A stretch of DNA of 64,000 nt, taken from assembly GCF_000143415.4 (NCBI RefSeq), contig NW_003314266.1:2553399-2617398 (forward strand). The letters are read 5' to 3'. Under the pieces are notes generated by a model. It saw nothing but the letters and a program-made list of their open reading frames with translations. It was not told the origin of the DNA and ran no database searches. This document shows, one piece after another, positions 1 to 12,730 of this stretch. The translations under genes and the position numbers were made by a program. Position 1 is the first letter of the stretch, and each line of letters starts with the position of its first letter. The DNA comes from Selaginella moellendorffii (lineage: Eukaryota; Plantae; Lycopodiophyta).

Positions 1-1199
1 TAAAGCCTTTATCAAATTACTTAATTTTAGATTAACTTTGATGAGTCATAAAAAAATTAATTTTCATATTATCTTTATAAAGGTTATAAGATTACCAACT
101 TTTCTACAACTTCAACTAGCAATCAGCCTTTTTATTGCCATAATCATTTGATGATGACTATCATTTCAAGATACCATAATCCTTGATTTACGATACTATA
201 ATCCAATAGTAATTACAGACATGAAATTGATTCAAACTTTGAAATTTTATATGAAGCAAGAAAATTTTTAATGAGATTGATGGAATCTTTCACCTCCTTA
301 ATATCATTATGAATCTTAGTAATGTAGTGTCCTTTCCTCATGACAACATCATTAAAGCTAAGTTATATATGTGGTGTCCCTAATCAAGATCTTAGAATTT
401 TTATTAGATCTTACCATTATTTGAATAGGGTGCAATATGAATTAAAGGATGAGATAATGACCTTGATGAATGAAGAAAAGTTACACTCCTCTATAGCTTT
501 GATTAGTTTTGTTATTTCTTCTCCTATCAATAATACACTTATTTGAATATGGCAATTCAACAATGTGTTTAATGGATTTTTAAGTCAGGAAATTCCACTC
601 AAGGTTAGTTTATTGGAGATATGTACATCAAAGAATGGAATTTGCATTGGTGGTATTTATTCTACACTTCTTTGAAAGTTGTTGATCCAAGTCATTAGAA
701 AAACTATTTTCAAGTTTTTGTGTCCACAATCGATTTCTTTTATGATTTATTAAATGATAATCTCAATACAAATCCTCTATGAAGTTTTTGTAATATTCTA
801 TAACTTTATGGCAAAATAAGTGGCCATCTCTTTGTAGCAATTAGCTACAATAGAGAAGTTTGGATATCACTACTCAACTTGAATCAAGATATTAAAGAAA
901 TTTTTAAAAGCAATTGTAAAGAAGTATATTATGTGGGAAAAAGGAAAGAGATTTAAGATTGCATAATTTCCTAAATTATATTGGAGTTATCAATTGCACA
1001 CACACCTAAATAGAGCTTCCAGGTGAGGAGATTACAAATAACAATTCAACATACAAGTATAAGTTATCGTTGATAATGAATCTTATTTTCTAAACTTGAG
1101 AGCTAGATATCTAGGATTTGCAAGTGATTAGAGGGTTTAAGCCACAAATAACTTCAAGTCATAGGTTACTCTTGGTGAAAGACTAAATGATCCTATTTA

Positions 1200-3760
1200 C
1201 TATACAAGATTTGGAAATTATCCCTAAGTATTTAATAGTAGACTTTGAGAAGGCTTATGACCGAGAGGATTAGCATCCCATAAGTATGATCAAACAGATA
1301 GCACTATTGTATAAAAGAGCAACCAGCCGAGTCATGATTAATAGGGAGACAGGACCTTCTTTTCAACTAGGCCACTTGGTAAGGTAATGATGCCCCCTGA
1401 CTCTATACTTGTTCTTAATTGTAGCTCCCAAAGACAGAAGTGGTGGCATGAGAATTGGATGGAGCTTTTGTTGATGACATGGCACTCTTCCTATAAGCCA
1501 CTATAGAGAACCTGGATAGAGCAAAGGAATGACTAAAAACTTTTAACTTGGCTGTCAGAGTGGCAATCAACTAGAACAAGTCAGTCAGGATAAACTAGGG
1601 AAACCTTGGGTTCAAATCCTGTGGACAGGCAATTGACTTCCAGTGGCTGAAACCTTGAGAGGATATGAGATACTTGAGGATCCAGGGGTTAAGTAAAACA
1701 TAACATTGTAAGATGGCATCTTGTGGACACTGGTCTAGAAATGGGCTCCTAGGAAGCTTGGCCTCTCAACTAGGACTGTGGTGGCAAAGTCTGTCATCTT
1801 GCCAAACATATGGTACCATATCTCAATCTGGCTGCAATCTGGTATATACTTACGTTTGGCAGGGTGCACTGATGATAGGGAGGATGATGGGCAAGGAATT
1901 CCATCCATGAGTGTTGGGAGGACTCAATTTCATTGACCCCAGTGATATGGCCAAGGCTCTAAGGTACAAGATCATTCTCATGGGACTCCAACCAAGTAGA
2001 CAGCCATTTATCCATGGCACAACATGACTTGCCCATGGGCCAAAGACCCGTGTTGGTTGTTTGCTGAAGGCCCAATATAGGTTGTGAAAGGGGTCCTCTT
2101 ATCCAGGGACTCCACAGGTTATGGAACTCTTTTCCCCTAGGATAGATTAGACTAAGCTGCATTGAGGATTGGCTCAACCAGCCACTTTTTTTCAATGCGC
2201 TCTTTAGGGAAGGGGATCAGACATTAGGCGGGGAGGACCACTACACCATCTGGAGAGAATTTCATGTCGGGGGGTAGCAGCTGGTGGACATAGTAGACAG
2301 GGATATGTTCAAAACAGCAATCCAAAGTTTTGGAATGGGGAAATGATGGAAAGTGGATTAGAACTTGTTACAACTCCTCTAGGCTGTCAACAATGCCAAA
2401 GGAGGAAGAAAATGGCTATGACAATGCGCACAAACTGGAGACTTCATAGCGATCTAATAAGAAGCACAACTAAAAGGTGAGGAATGCAAGTTAGAATCAA
2501 GGGCATTTACTGCACTGATGCTGGCATGGACAGAGGTGGACATTGAGGTATGGTTCATTACCTCCCCAGAGAAAAACGATGGCCATCCCTTTTCGATTGT
2601 GTGGGGAGACATGCTGGTGATGGCTGGAGAGGTGTAGCACATGCCCACAGTCATGAATAATGAAGTAANNNNNNNNNNNNNNNNNNNNNNNNNNNNNNNN
2701 NNNNNNNNNNNNNNNNNNNNNNNNNNNNNNNNNNNNNNNNNNNNNNNNNNNNNNNNNNNNNNNNNNNNAGCAATCAACCAGGATAATAGATGTAGTCGAG
2801 TCAGAGGGAGAAGGATGATGGAGGATCTTGACTGGGACCCAGCTGCTTGGAGGAGAGGCAACAATGGTTTTTCTCATATGATGTTAAGGAGTCTTGTAAC
2901 AGACTCCACATGAGGGTGAAAGGGATGAAATCCCTGGAGAAAGTGGATTGACGAATGCATGGAAGCGGAACATGTCATAGACAACATGGTAACTTTCTGG
3001 AAGCTCCCAATTTAGGAGAAGGTGAAGATCACCTCATGGCTGGTGGCCAATAATAGCCTTCCAGTAGAACACCGTTTTCAGGAGGAAACCAGCCAGTGCT
3101 GCTTGACACGTTATGGGAGTGTGACTTAGTGAAGGAGGTATGGAGATAGATCCTTAAAGTGTTCAAGGACTTACAGCCAATATGGAGGTATGCAGTGGAA
3201 ATGTTCTTCATTGGTTTGAAGAGTCAAGGGGCTCAGCAACAGGATTGGCTTGGTGAAGAGTGCGGTGTCGGGGACAACATGGATGGGGTATCCACATACA
3301 ATGGGATCTGGTGGGAGCGGAGCAGGGGGTTTTAGGCCATGACCGTTGGGCAATATGGAGGGCCACAGGAGTTGAAGAGATCTGGGAAGCACGGAACAGT
3401 CTCTGCTTTGATGGTTAGCAAGCACGAGTGTCGGCTGTAGTAACAAACTGGTGGGCAGCACTGAAGGATAGAAAGACACCAGTAGGGATGAACCACTGGA
3501 GAAGCATATGGCTTGTTTTGGGGTGGACTCTAGGGGGGAGATACACTGGAGGTGGAGACCCCCAGGGGACAAAATGCCCCCTAATTGCTCTAATGATAAT
3601 CCCTTGTCCTGGTTGCATGGAAATGTACAGTTACATTTATCTACCCAGGATCCCAAGTCTGGAATTAAGAGTTGTCATGACTCCTTATCAAGATCAATAT
3701 CTCATTCCTCCACCATCCCCAAAAGAATTGATATTAAACAAGGTTAGGCTTTCCTAAAGT
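1200..3760 (+). mobile_element. Degenerate LINE (L1-like) retrotransposon, ORF2 remnant
   Basis: RT motifs DFEKAYDR (1241-1264), VR**CPLTLYLF (decayed VRQGCPLSP, 1379-1414), FVDD (1467-1478) and IN*NKS; zf-RVT-like KVKITSWLVANNSLP near 3020-3065. Many stops and frameshifts. Boundaries approximate. Confidence 0.8.
2669..2768. other. Assembly gap (100 N)
   Basis: Run of N. Equivalent gaps at 13114-13213, 18286-18385 and 60917-61016. Confidence 0.99.
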
Positions 3761-4059
3761 CTATAAAATATTCTTAAAATATTTCTATAGCCCGCAACAT
3801 TGATAAATTTAGAAATTCAGCATATTTCTAGGACTAATAATAATATTTTTATTCTCTACACGGATATTCGAAATAGAATCTCTGAAAGTGAAAATACAAC
3901 TTTCACCTTCATACCATTTTGGTTCATTCCTACAAGACGAAAACTACTACAGCACTTTAGATTCTCAGTCCAAAAAACGATTTCATAGCTAGACTTATCA
4001 AACAGATCCATTTTCTCCCCCTATGGACCAATACCGAGCCAGCTCGTCACCACCACGAT

Positions 4060-5270
4060 CAAAACTCCCCTCCCCAAGCAAAACAAGACCGTGATTGTCG
4101 CCACGCATGGAACTGACACCCATCCCAGAACAAATCCGAAGGCCCCAAGTTAAATGGCCCTGGAGTGAAGCTCTTGGCGCGGAAAAATATCGGGAGTGTG
4201 TGTGCAATGTAGAGGCCGATAGATACCATAGCTTGAAAGGCAACGCTGCTTCCCAAGTACTGGAGAAATACCAAAAACCACGGTGGTGAGTCAAGCAACG
4301 AGAAATAATAGAGGATGAGTAGCAACTCAAAAGGTATAAAGTTCTTCCATGTTTGGATCTCTTTTTTCCAATCATTTTCAAGGATGGCCTATGCTCTCAA
4401 GGGATGCTTCTGGCACACTCGCGGTGTGTGCGTTTTGCATGGCTCTTCCGGTAAGTATCCCACAGAAAAAAAATGGGCACGGCAGGCAAACTATGCTTCC
4501 GGTTCCAGTGCCGTATTTATCCTTGAAAATGGTGTAAAAGAGTTGGGCTACGGCATAACCTTTGGCGTCGTTGTTTGGATCAAGCAAGAACCCGATGTCG
4601 CTGATCGCCAAAGTGATTCCGAGAATGTAACCATCCAACGATGACGGATATAACAACGGCACTTATAATTCCAAATGCACCGTTTTTGTCTGCTGATCTG
4701 GTCTCCTCGGACTGCATGAGACGATGGTGAGGACAAATACAAACCAGAAAGCCACCATATGAGCAGAGGCATCGTATCCAATAAGTGTGTATTGGCTCAT
4801 CAAAATTCCAAGAAGAAAAATATACGGATAGCTGTGAATACCTTCGTTGTTCACTGTGTTGAAATACTTGAAAACAGCCAATCAAGTTCCACAAAGGTAC
4901 CGAAAAAAGAGAGGATATGAATTGGCAGGCTATTTACTAGCCCGTGAAGAAACAAAAGGTCTGCATGGAATCCTATTACGCGGCATAATAGCCACGACCA
5001 TTTGCACCACCAGTGCTCAGTAGTACCATCACTTGAAGGAGAGTGGCTTGAGAAAGGTCTATGCTTGTCGTCACAGGCCACTGAATTTGAAACACTAAAA
5101 GAGAAGAAAAGAGCGAGAGCTAGAAAGACACACCTGACCAACAATGTAAAGAATGAATGAGAGAGTAAACGAAAGAGCTTACCAGCCAGTGATCCATGCT
5201 TGCAAACGGACCCCAGTTCTCGCCAGCTAGATTGAAGCTCCAGAATTAGAGTCCTAAGAGTACCACCTAT
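4060..5270 (-). pseudogene. BAT1: Amino acid/GABA permease BAT1-like pseudogene with internal inversion
   Basis: Minus strand gives GL*FWSFNLAGENWGPFA..WITGW, YIFLLGILMSQYTLIGYDASAHM, SEETRSADKNG, GYAVAQLFY..GTGSIVCL..FFCG and LGSSVAFQAMVSIGLYIA..PGPFNLG. The plus strand at 4317-4456 carries SSNS/RMAYA.SRD/AFCMALP. Stops, frameshifts and small deletions throughout. Confidence 0.88.
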
Positions 5271-5564
5271 TAGCGGGATGGACTCAGGCAGAGCAAATGA
5301 CTCCAGCGGTGGGATGGGATTCGCGTGCGTCGGTCTGATCGTAGCCCCACGGACCCAGCACGAGAAAGAGACTCTTTTCGGCTCCTTCTAAGATAGTTTT
5401 CTTAGTCCGTCGACAATTTTATATGCAGCTACGAAAGTAGGATCAACAGTAGGTCACTGATTCTCACGTCACCTTGCATGAGCTGTTACAATTTGATTCC
5501 TCGGTGAGAAAGAAAAATCTGCCTGTAGCCTCAATCACATGATACTAATCAGTCCCACCTTCTT

Positions 5565-5593
5565 CACGTGTACGCCTCAAGCTGCGTATAAAT
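5565..5593 (+). promoter_or_regulatory. Lipoxygenase core promoter: G-box and TATA box
   Basis: CACGTG at 5565-5570 and TATAAAT at 5587-5593, about 90 bp upstream of ATG 5678. Confidence 0.55.
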
Positions 5594-5677
5594 CTGCAAC
5601 CCCTTGCAGTCGAGGAAAACATTAGCTTACAACTTGCTTTCCTGCTTTTGTATACTCTTGCATCTTGCTCTTCTAGT

Positions 5678-8648
5678 ATGGCGCTTCTCGGAGGCATAGC
5701 TGGAGCCTTGTTCCAGGATAAAGGCTCGTCTAAGATCGTCTATAAAGGCGCTGTCCTCGTCCGGAAAACTAATGTCCTCGATGTCACCAACGTTGGAGCT
5801 TCGGTGGTGGACAATACCGCAGATCTCCTTGGTCTTGGAGTGACACTGCAATTGATCAGTAAGTATCTGTTTGTCGCTGCCAAGAACATCCTCACCTTTG
5901 AGTATTGTACAGGTGCCAAGACAGGAAAGAAGAGCAATCCCGCAAACCTTGAGAAGTGGTTGTTTTCTGGAGGATTATTTGCTACGGACGATGTCAAGTA
6001 CTCTGTGAAGTTTTCAGTAGATCCGGATTTCGGACTGCCTGGAGCATTTATCATCGCAAATAGTCATCCAAGTGAATTTTACCTTGTCTCTTTGACTGTC
6101 GAGATGCCTGGAGGGGGGAAGATCGTTGAGTTTCCTTGCTATTCCTGGGTTTACAATTCGTCCCTCTACAGAACAGAGCGTCTGTTCTTCAGTAACCAGG
6201 TAGGCTCTGCGTGGTAAAGATCTCTGACTGTTGTATCCTTACGAATTCTTTCAGCTCTACTTGCCAAACGAGACACCGACGGGCCTGACAAATGCTCGGG
6301 AGAGTGACTTGAAAGCCCTGAAAGGCGATGGAACGGGAATTAGACAAAACTGGGATCGGATTTACGACTATGATGCTTATAACGATCTGGGAAATCCACT
6401 CCTCAACCTGCAAAGACCAACTTTGGGCGGATCGACTGATCTTCCTTATCCCCGCAGGTGTCGCACTGGTCGAATTAACATCAACGGAGGTCTGAATAAG
6501 AAGAAAAAAAAAGAATACTGATTAGTGATTTTCCTGTGCAACAGTTGAAACTCTCACCTTGACCCCGTTAAACAAATTCTACATACCAAGCGACGAAAGA
6601 TTTGGCGCCGTGAAGAACAGTGACTTCCTGGCCGACGGTCTCAAGGCACTGAGTCACAGCGTTCTTCCAGCTCTGGAAAGCGTCATCACGTTTGACCAGA
6701 CGTTTGATTCGTTCAAGGAGATAAAGGACCTGTATGACCAAGGATTTGACATATCCGAGCTTGTCACCTCACCAGTAAGGGGGATGCAAACGCCACTCGA
6801 GTTCTTCAACGAGTTCACTGCAGACACCGGCAACACCAGCTACATGAAGTACCCACTTCCGCAAATCTTAAAAGGTAATGCTCTTCAAATGCAAACTCGA
6901 TAAACATGCATCTAACATCAGGCAACTACAGTGAATGAGAAGGGATGGATGACGGACGAAGAATTTGCAAGACAAATGCTGTGTGGAGTGAATCCTATGA
7001 CGATTCAATGTCTGAAGGTAAGTTCATGATACTCACAGCCATTAGCCAACTCTTGAGTTCAGGAATTTCCACCGACGAGCACTCTGGATCCTGAAAAATA
7101 CGGACCATCAAAGTCCGCTATTACCGAGGAACATATCGGCAGTCAGCTAGAAGGCTCAACCGTACAACAGGTTCGTTTTTCTGAAGTACGGGTTCTAAGT
7201 TGACTCCCTAACCACGCAAATGGAAATGCAGGCAGTGAGTGACAAGAAACTGTTTATTCTCAGCTATCACGATGAGTTCATGCCTTACCTTGACGCGATC
7301 AACACCCAGAGATCATCTTACGCTTACGCATCCCGAGTTCTCCTGTTTTTGAAGTCGAATGGAACTCTCCGGCCCGTAGCCATCGAGCTCAGCACACCGT
7401 CTTCTCAGAGAGTCTTCGTCCCACCGGCAGCTGGAAAAACCGATTGGCTCTGGGAGCTCGCGAAAGCACACGCCGCCACGAACGATTCTGGATATCACCA
7501 GCTTGTCAGTCACTGGTAAGCCAAACATTTAGAGAAAGAAAACAAAAAAACAACCCTCTCGTATCTGTTGTGAAGGTTAAGGACACATGCTTGCATCGAG
7601 CCATTCATTATCGCGACTAACAGGCAGCTGAGCAAGCTTCACCCTCTAAACCCGTTCCTGCAGCCTCACTTCAAGTACACCATGTCAATCAACTCGCAAG
7701 CGCGGCAAAGCCTCATCAATGCAGCTGGAATCATCGAGCTAACTTTCACTCCAGGAAAATACTGCATGGAGATGAGCGCCGTGGTTTACAAAGGCTGGAG
7801 ATTCGACGAACAAGGCCTACCAGCAGATCTCATCAAAAGGTAACACAAACAAAACAAAACAAATTCTGGCACTGACACCACTACTCGGTTCCAGAGGGAT
7901 GGCGGTCCCAGATTCCACAGCAAAGCACGGACTCAAGCTTGCAATCGAGGACTATCCATATGCCGCAGATGGTCTTGAAATCTGGGACGCTCTGGAAAAA
8001 TGGACGTCCAGTTATCTCGACGCTTGCTACAACGACGACGAAGCAGTAGCAAACGATACAGAGCTCCAGGCCTGGTGGAACGAAGTAATCAAGAAAGGCC
8101 ATGCAGACAAGAAGGACGAGCCATGGTGGATCAAGCTGAACAGCAAGAAAAACCTGGCTCTAGCGCTCACCACTATAATCTGGGTAGCGTCGGCCCATCA
8201 TGCAGCCGTGAACTTTGGCCAGTATGCATACGCTGGCTACATGCCCAACCACCCCACCGCCACTCACAAGCCAATCCCGGCCGAAAACTCGAACGAACAC
8301 AAGAAGCTGCTGTCAAACCCCGAGGAATTCTTCCTCGAGACGGTCTCGAGGAAGCTGGAAGCGATCCTCGTCATGCTCACGCTCGAGATCCTCTCCTCTC
8401 ACGCGTCGGACGAGGAGTACCTGGGGCAGCGCCATATCTCGAACTGGACGGATAATCCCAAGGCCGTCGCCGCCTTCGAGAATTTCACCGCCGCGATGAA
8501 GAATGTGGAGGGAATCGTGGCGCGCCGCAACGCCGATCCATCACTCAAGAACAGATTGGGGCCCGTGAGCATCCCCTACACGCTGCTCTCCCCGGCATCG
8601 GAGAAAGGGATCACCGGCAAGGGCGTGCCCAACAGCATTTCCATCTGA
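5678..8648 (+). CDS. LOX: Lipoxygenase (no transit peptide, predicted 13S-LOX), multi-exon
   Basis: PLAT-domain N-terminus; [14 protein letters not shown]; YPRRCRTGR; [10 protein letters not shown]; iron ligands [21 protein letters not shown] and C-terminal PNSISI. GT-AG introns of 45-60 nt. Confidence 0.96.
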
Positions 8649-8652
8649 GATA

Positions 8653-8925
8653 TAAACCCTAAGGATATATACAATATATATAATACAAGTATATATATAT
8701 TTATATATATAAAAACGAAGGGCCCAGACCCCCGCAGCCGTCGGATGGGGCAGCCTCGGGAGCGTTCTTGGGAAGGGGAGGCCACCCCAGGCCCGGGCCA
8801 GTAGCCTTGCAGGAATATTGGCTCAATGTTGTGGTTCAATGCATTATATACAATATATACCATACAAGGATATATATAATATCTATATATAAGAACAAAG
8901 GGCCCAAACCCCTGCAGCCATCTGA
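8653..8925. repeat. (TA)-rich microsatellites flanking a GC-rich dispersed repeat
   Basis: TA tracts at ~8665-8712 and ~8843-8890. The unit GGGCCCAGACCCCCGCAGCC...GCTCAATGTTGTGG (8719-8835) is partly repeated at 8900-8925 and 10630-10760. Confidence 0.7.
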
Positions 8926-9029
8926 CATAGGCAAGGCTGGAGTGCACTAGCAATGAAGAGCTATGCTATGTTTGAATTCTGGAGCTGACCGGTGCCATGG
9001 CAGTGGGTGTGGGTGATGCAAAGTATGCA

Positions 9030-9280
9030 AGTGACCTGAAGGTGTGTGCACAGCAAAGGCATCAAGGGAGTTCTTCAAGCTGCCAAAGGAGGAGAAGCTG
9101 AAGTACTTCAAGCTGCTAAAGGAAAAGAAGCTGAAGGACACTGCCAAGGAGTATGGCTTCAAGAGTGATGGCTATGGAAGTAAGATCTCCAATGCCACCA
9201 ATGTTGTCCAGCTATGGAGGGACGTGCATGTCTCCAAAGAGTAACTTGGCTGACTGGCCCATGCAGCCATTGCAATACAG
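9030..9280 (+). pseudogene. 2OG-Fe(II) dioxygenase (DIOX_N) gene fragment
   Basis: REFFKLPKEEKLKY...GYGSKI...WRD, followed by stops and a GTAAGT donor. Confidence 0.65.
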
Positions 9281-9349
9281 GTAAGTCATCTTCCCTGTTC
9301 TCCCATTTCTTCGTCTTTGAAACCCCGTGAGGACTTCCCTGTTCTTACA

Positions 9350-9790
9350 GTTCAATTGCGCATGTCAGCACTGATGGATTGAGCTAGGCAGATGAATCGA
9401 TTCCTGATGTAAGATTTCCCTGTTCTTGACGCAGTGAAAGAGTTGGTGTGGATTTGCAGAGTCATTGTGTATGAGGTGGTATATGGAGATTCTGATTTCT
9501 CAATCTTCCTTGGGCAGCATGCACATGTGGCCAGGAAGGGAAGAGGGCGTGGTTACAACTGTTACACCATGCACTCCTAGGGTTCTCTACCCATGGCTGC
9601 ATGAGCAACACCACAGGCAGGCTGGCGAGGGAGAGTGCCAGTGATGCAATCCTACTTTTGTGGCTTGGGCCCTCTCTGAATTGCACTTCAATTGTGCATG
9701 TTAGCACTGATTGAGCGAGGCAGATGAATTGATTTCTGGTGTAAGATTTCCCTTCTTGATGCAGTGAAAGAGTTGGTGTGGGTTTGCAGA
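9350..9790 (+). repeat. Imperfect ~105-bp direct repeat pair
   Basis: 9351-9460 resembles 9687-9790 (TTCAATTG.GCATGT.AGCACTGAT...GCAGTGAAAGAGTTGGTGTGG.TTTGCAGA). Confidence 0.8.
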
Positions 9791-11539
9791 TTCACTAAAG
9801 AGGTAAATTCTGATTTCTCAGTTTTCCTTGTGTCCCAGTCATAGTCACTAGGGAACTCACTTGTGTCTGCTTGGAGATGAGGCCGAGTCACTTCTTTCAG
9901 ATATGCTTAAGGAAATAACCTTTTCACAGATGTCTCGTAAGAAATTCTTTCTGTTTCTTTCTGTAACCCAAATTATTTTGAAGGCCTAATGGCATGTGCA
10001 CTAACAAAATGGTGCTGGGTGAATTGAAGGTATTAGACTTTTCTTTTGCAAATTTGCTGTAATTACAGTGCCAGATCAAAGTGTGAGGACATGTGTTAAA
10101 ACCAGTCACAGAAGTAAAGTTGCTATGCACACATATTTACGGTGAAATGTTTCCACCCTGTAGCTTCTCTCTGCCACCACCTTGCCTGCGAGATGGACAA
10201 GCAAGTTTGTGAATCCATACTGGCTCTCTAGCTTATGTGCATAACATGGCAATTACCACTCAATCACATCCACCTTTGCAACGTGGCTACAAGTGAGTGA
10301 TCCCTTTCTTTCTTAACAATTCCTTTCTTAAGCTAACTCAATTTCTATTGCCACAGCTTTCACTACCAATCAAGAGGCTTGAATCATTTCAAGCTCCTAG
10401 TGATAGATTGCACGGAATTACCTTTTTACCACTCCTCCTCTGCCTTTGCAGCCATGAACTATGATAGGTTACTTTAGTTTCAAGACTTTTTTTTTGCAAA
10501 GTTCTTTCTTCTAGATTTTGAAAGCTATCGACACTTTAGCAGTTTAATAGTTAATCAAGGAGCAAATATAGCTAAGCTCAGCAAATCTTTTGAAATGGTA
10601 TGAAATTTGCCAACAACCCAGCATTTGCTGGCCCAGAGCCCTGCAGCCGTCCAATCCCAGGCCCAGGGCAGCCTTGGAAGCCATGGTTCTCCAGAAGGGG
10701 AAGCTACCCTAGGCCTAGGCCAAGGCCATGGTTTGCAAGAATATCAGCTCAATGTTGTGGTGGCCAATGGGCGGTAGGCACATGTGGCCATGAAGGGAAG
10801 AGGGCATGCCAATCTCTTTGTCTCCAGGGCGTTTCTCATGGGATCTTCCAGGGCATTCTCTCCAAGCATGCAGTGGGTGTGCAGCAAGCTCACATTCATG
10901 GTGCATGGTGATCCATGCAATATCCACTTATGCATATGACCACTTTGAACACCCATGCCAATCCCTTGAACAAATCCCTGAGCACCATCAATATCTTAGA
11001 TAACAATGGAAGATTGTTGGTTCTGAGGTCCCTAAGTTAGTTTTTTCCTATTTTACTTACATCTTTCTTGAAGCTGTTCCAAATATGTATCTCACAATCT
11101 CGAGAAAAGTAAAAACTCTTTCTTTATTTCTCACGTAACTCTTCCACATTGCATCAGCAGGCTTGAAAGTTGTGCATCATCCTGGTCCATTCAAGTTCTT
11201 GAGGCTTGGAGTTCCAGGTAAAGCAAACTAGGTAGTTCTGCCTTGGTCTTGCTAGGTTGATGGAATTCCAATTCTGTTTGGGAAAACTCCTCCACTCGGC
11301 AAAGGGATTTATTCTTTGTTAGGCTTTCTCTCTTTGGATCCATCCTTCCATGATAAAAATTGTTATGTTATTCTTATTGTGCTTTAGTGTGTTTGGTATT
11401 GTTTAGCAGCAAGATAGCAAACAAGATTGCAACAATCAGGGTCTCTTCTCTTTGCAGCTCTAGCAACTAGAATTACTGATTAATATTTGTGATTTTTTGG
11501 GTGAGAAAAAATAGCATTAATGTGATTTAAATATTTTCA

Positions 11540-12730
11540 AGAACTTTGCCAATTGGGCAATATCAACATTTTTAGATTTTTCTAGGTCTGAATACCAAGA
11601 GATTATCATCAGGATTCATGTAAATTCTTGCTCTAAGAATGTGCTATTGCTAGTGAAGATTTTTGCGTGGTTTATGAAGAATAATTTTGGATCTAAACAC
11701 GCACTTTGACTACTTCAACTTTAAACCAACTTCTTGTAACTGATCCAACACTTTATGAACATCATGAATATGGTTTTTCTCATGTCCCTTCCAAGTGAAT
11801 TAAAACATCATTAATGAAGTCAGCAATCACTTCTAGCATATTGCAAAGAACCTCGTCCATCATCCACTATAAAATTGCTAGAGCATTGTTCAAATAAAAC
11901 AATACTACCAAGAACTCATACAAACCAAATAGTGTATGAAAAACAATCTTAAGAATATCTTTTTCAGCCATCAGTACTTGTTGGTACTCAAAAACAAGAT
12001 TTAACTTGGTGAATCAATAACTTCTCCCTAGATGATCCAAGAGATCAGCAGTATGAGGAAGAGGGTATACATTTGGGATTGTCACTTTGTTTAACGAAAG
12101 ATAATCGATATAAAAATAAATACTCCCATTAGAATTCGTTATAAAATGAGATTTATACGCCTAAATACTCTGCAATTTCCAAATAACTCCTTTTTCCAAC
12201 ATCTCTTTAACGTTTGCATGTAAAATTTTGATCTCTTTGGATAACTGACGATGAATAAGAACCTTGATTAGACAAGTATCTCCAATTGGAATAGGATGAC
12301 ATGCTGCAATCTTGGCCCCAAATAATAAGTCAAATTCAAAGAGATTGGCATACTTCTTCATGAGTCAGTCAACCGCTACAACACAAAGATTGTCGAAGGG
12401 ATCGGAAAAGAAAAGAGAGGAACAAAACAGAAACTTAGAAGGAAGTAAGGGGGAGATAAAAGTGATGGAAGCAGAGGTAGAAACAAAGGGACGAAGAGAT
12501 ACAAAAGTGAGAGGAATGGAAAAAATATTAAAAAGTATAAGACAAGGGGGAGAAACCTCAAAGTCACACTTAATATGATTGTGCCACAATTAATCCATAC
12601 TAAGGATGAAGTCAAAAACTTGATTTAGCACCACCTATAATAAATGCAACTTAAACTCAAGATTGCCTACATGCACAATTAGGTCCGCCTCACCCCATGC
12701 ACATGCTTGTGTATGGCTGTTGCCATAAAG
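11540..12730 (-). mobile_element. Degenerate Ty3/gypsy pol (RT) remnant
   Basis: YIDYLSLNKVTIPNVYPLPHTADLLDHL; LYEFLVV..LNNA; FINDVLIH (decayed YIDD); HKVLDQLQEVGLKLK*SKC; VKEMLEKGVI. Confidence 0.85.

Noticed and set aside
1-1200. Possible second LINE remnant on the minus strand
   Set aside because: Only vague similarity; no diagnostic motif could be read.
4059-4289. Plus-strand ORF MELTPIPEQIRR...
   Set aside because: It is the antisense of the BAT1 C-terminal exon.
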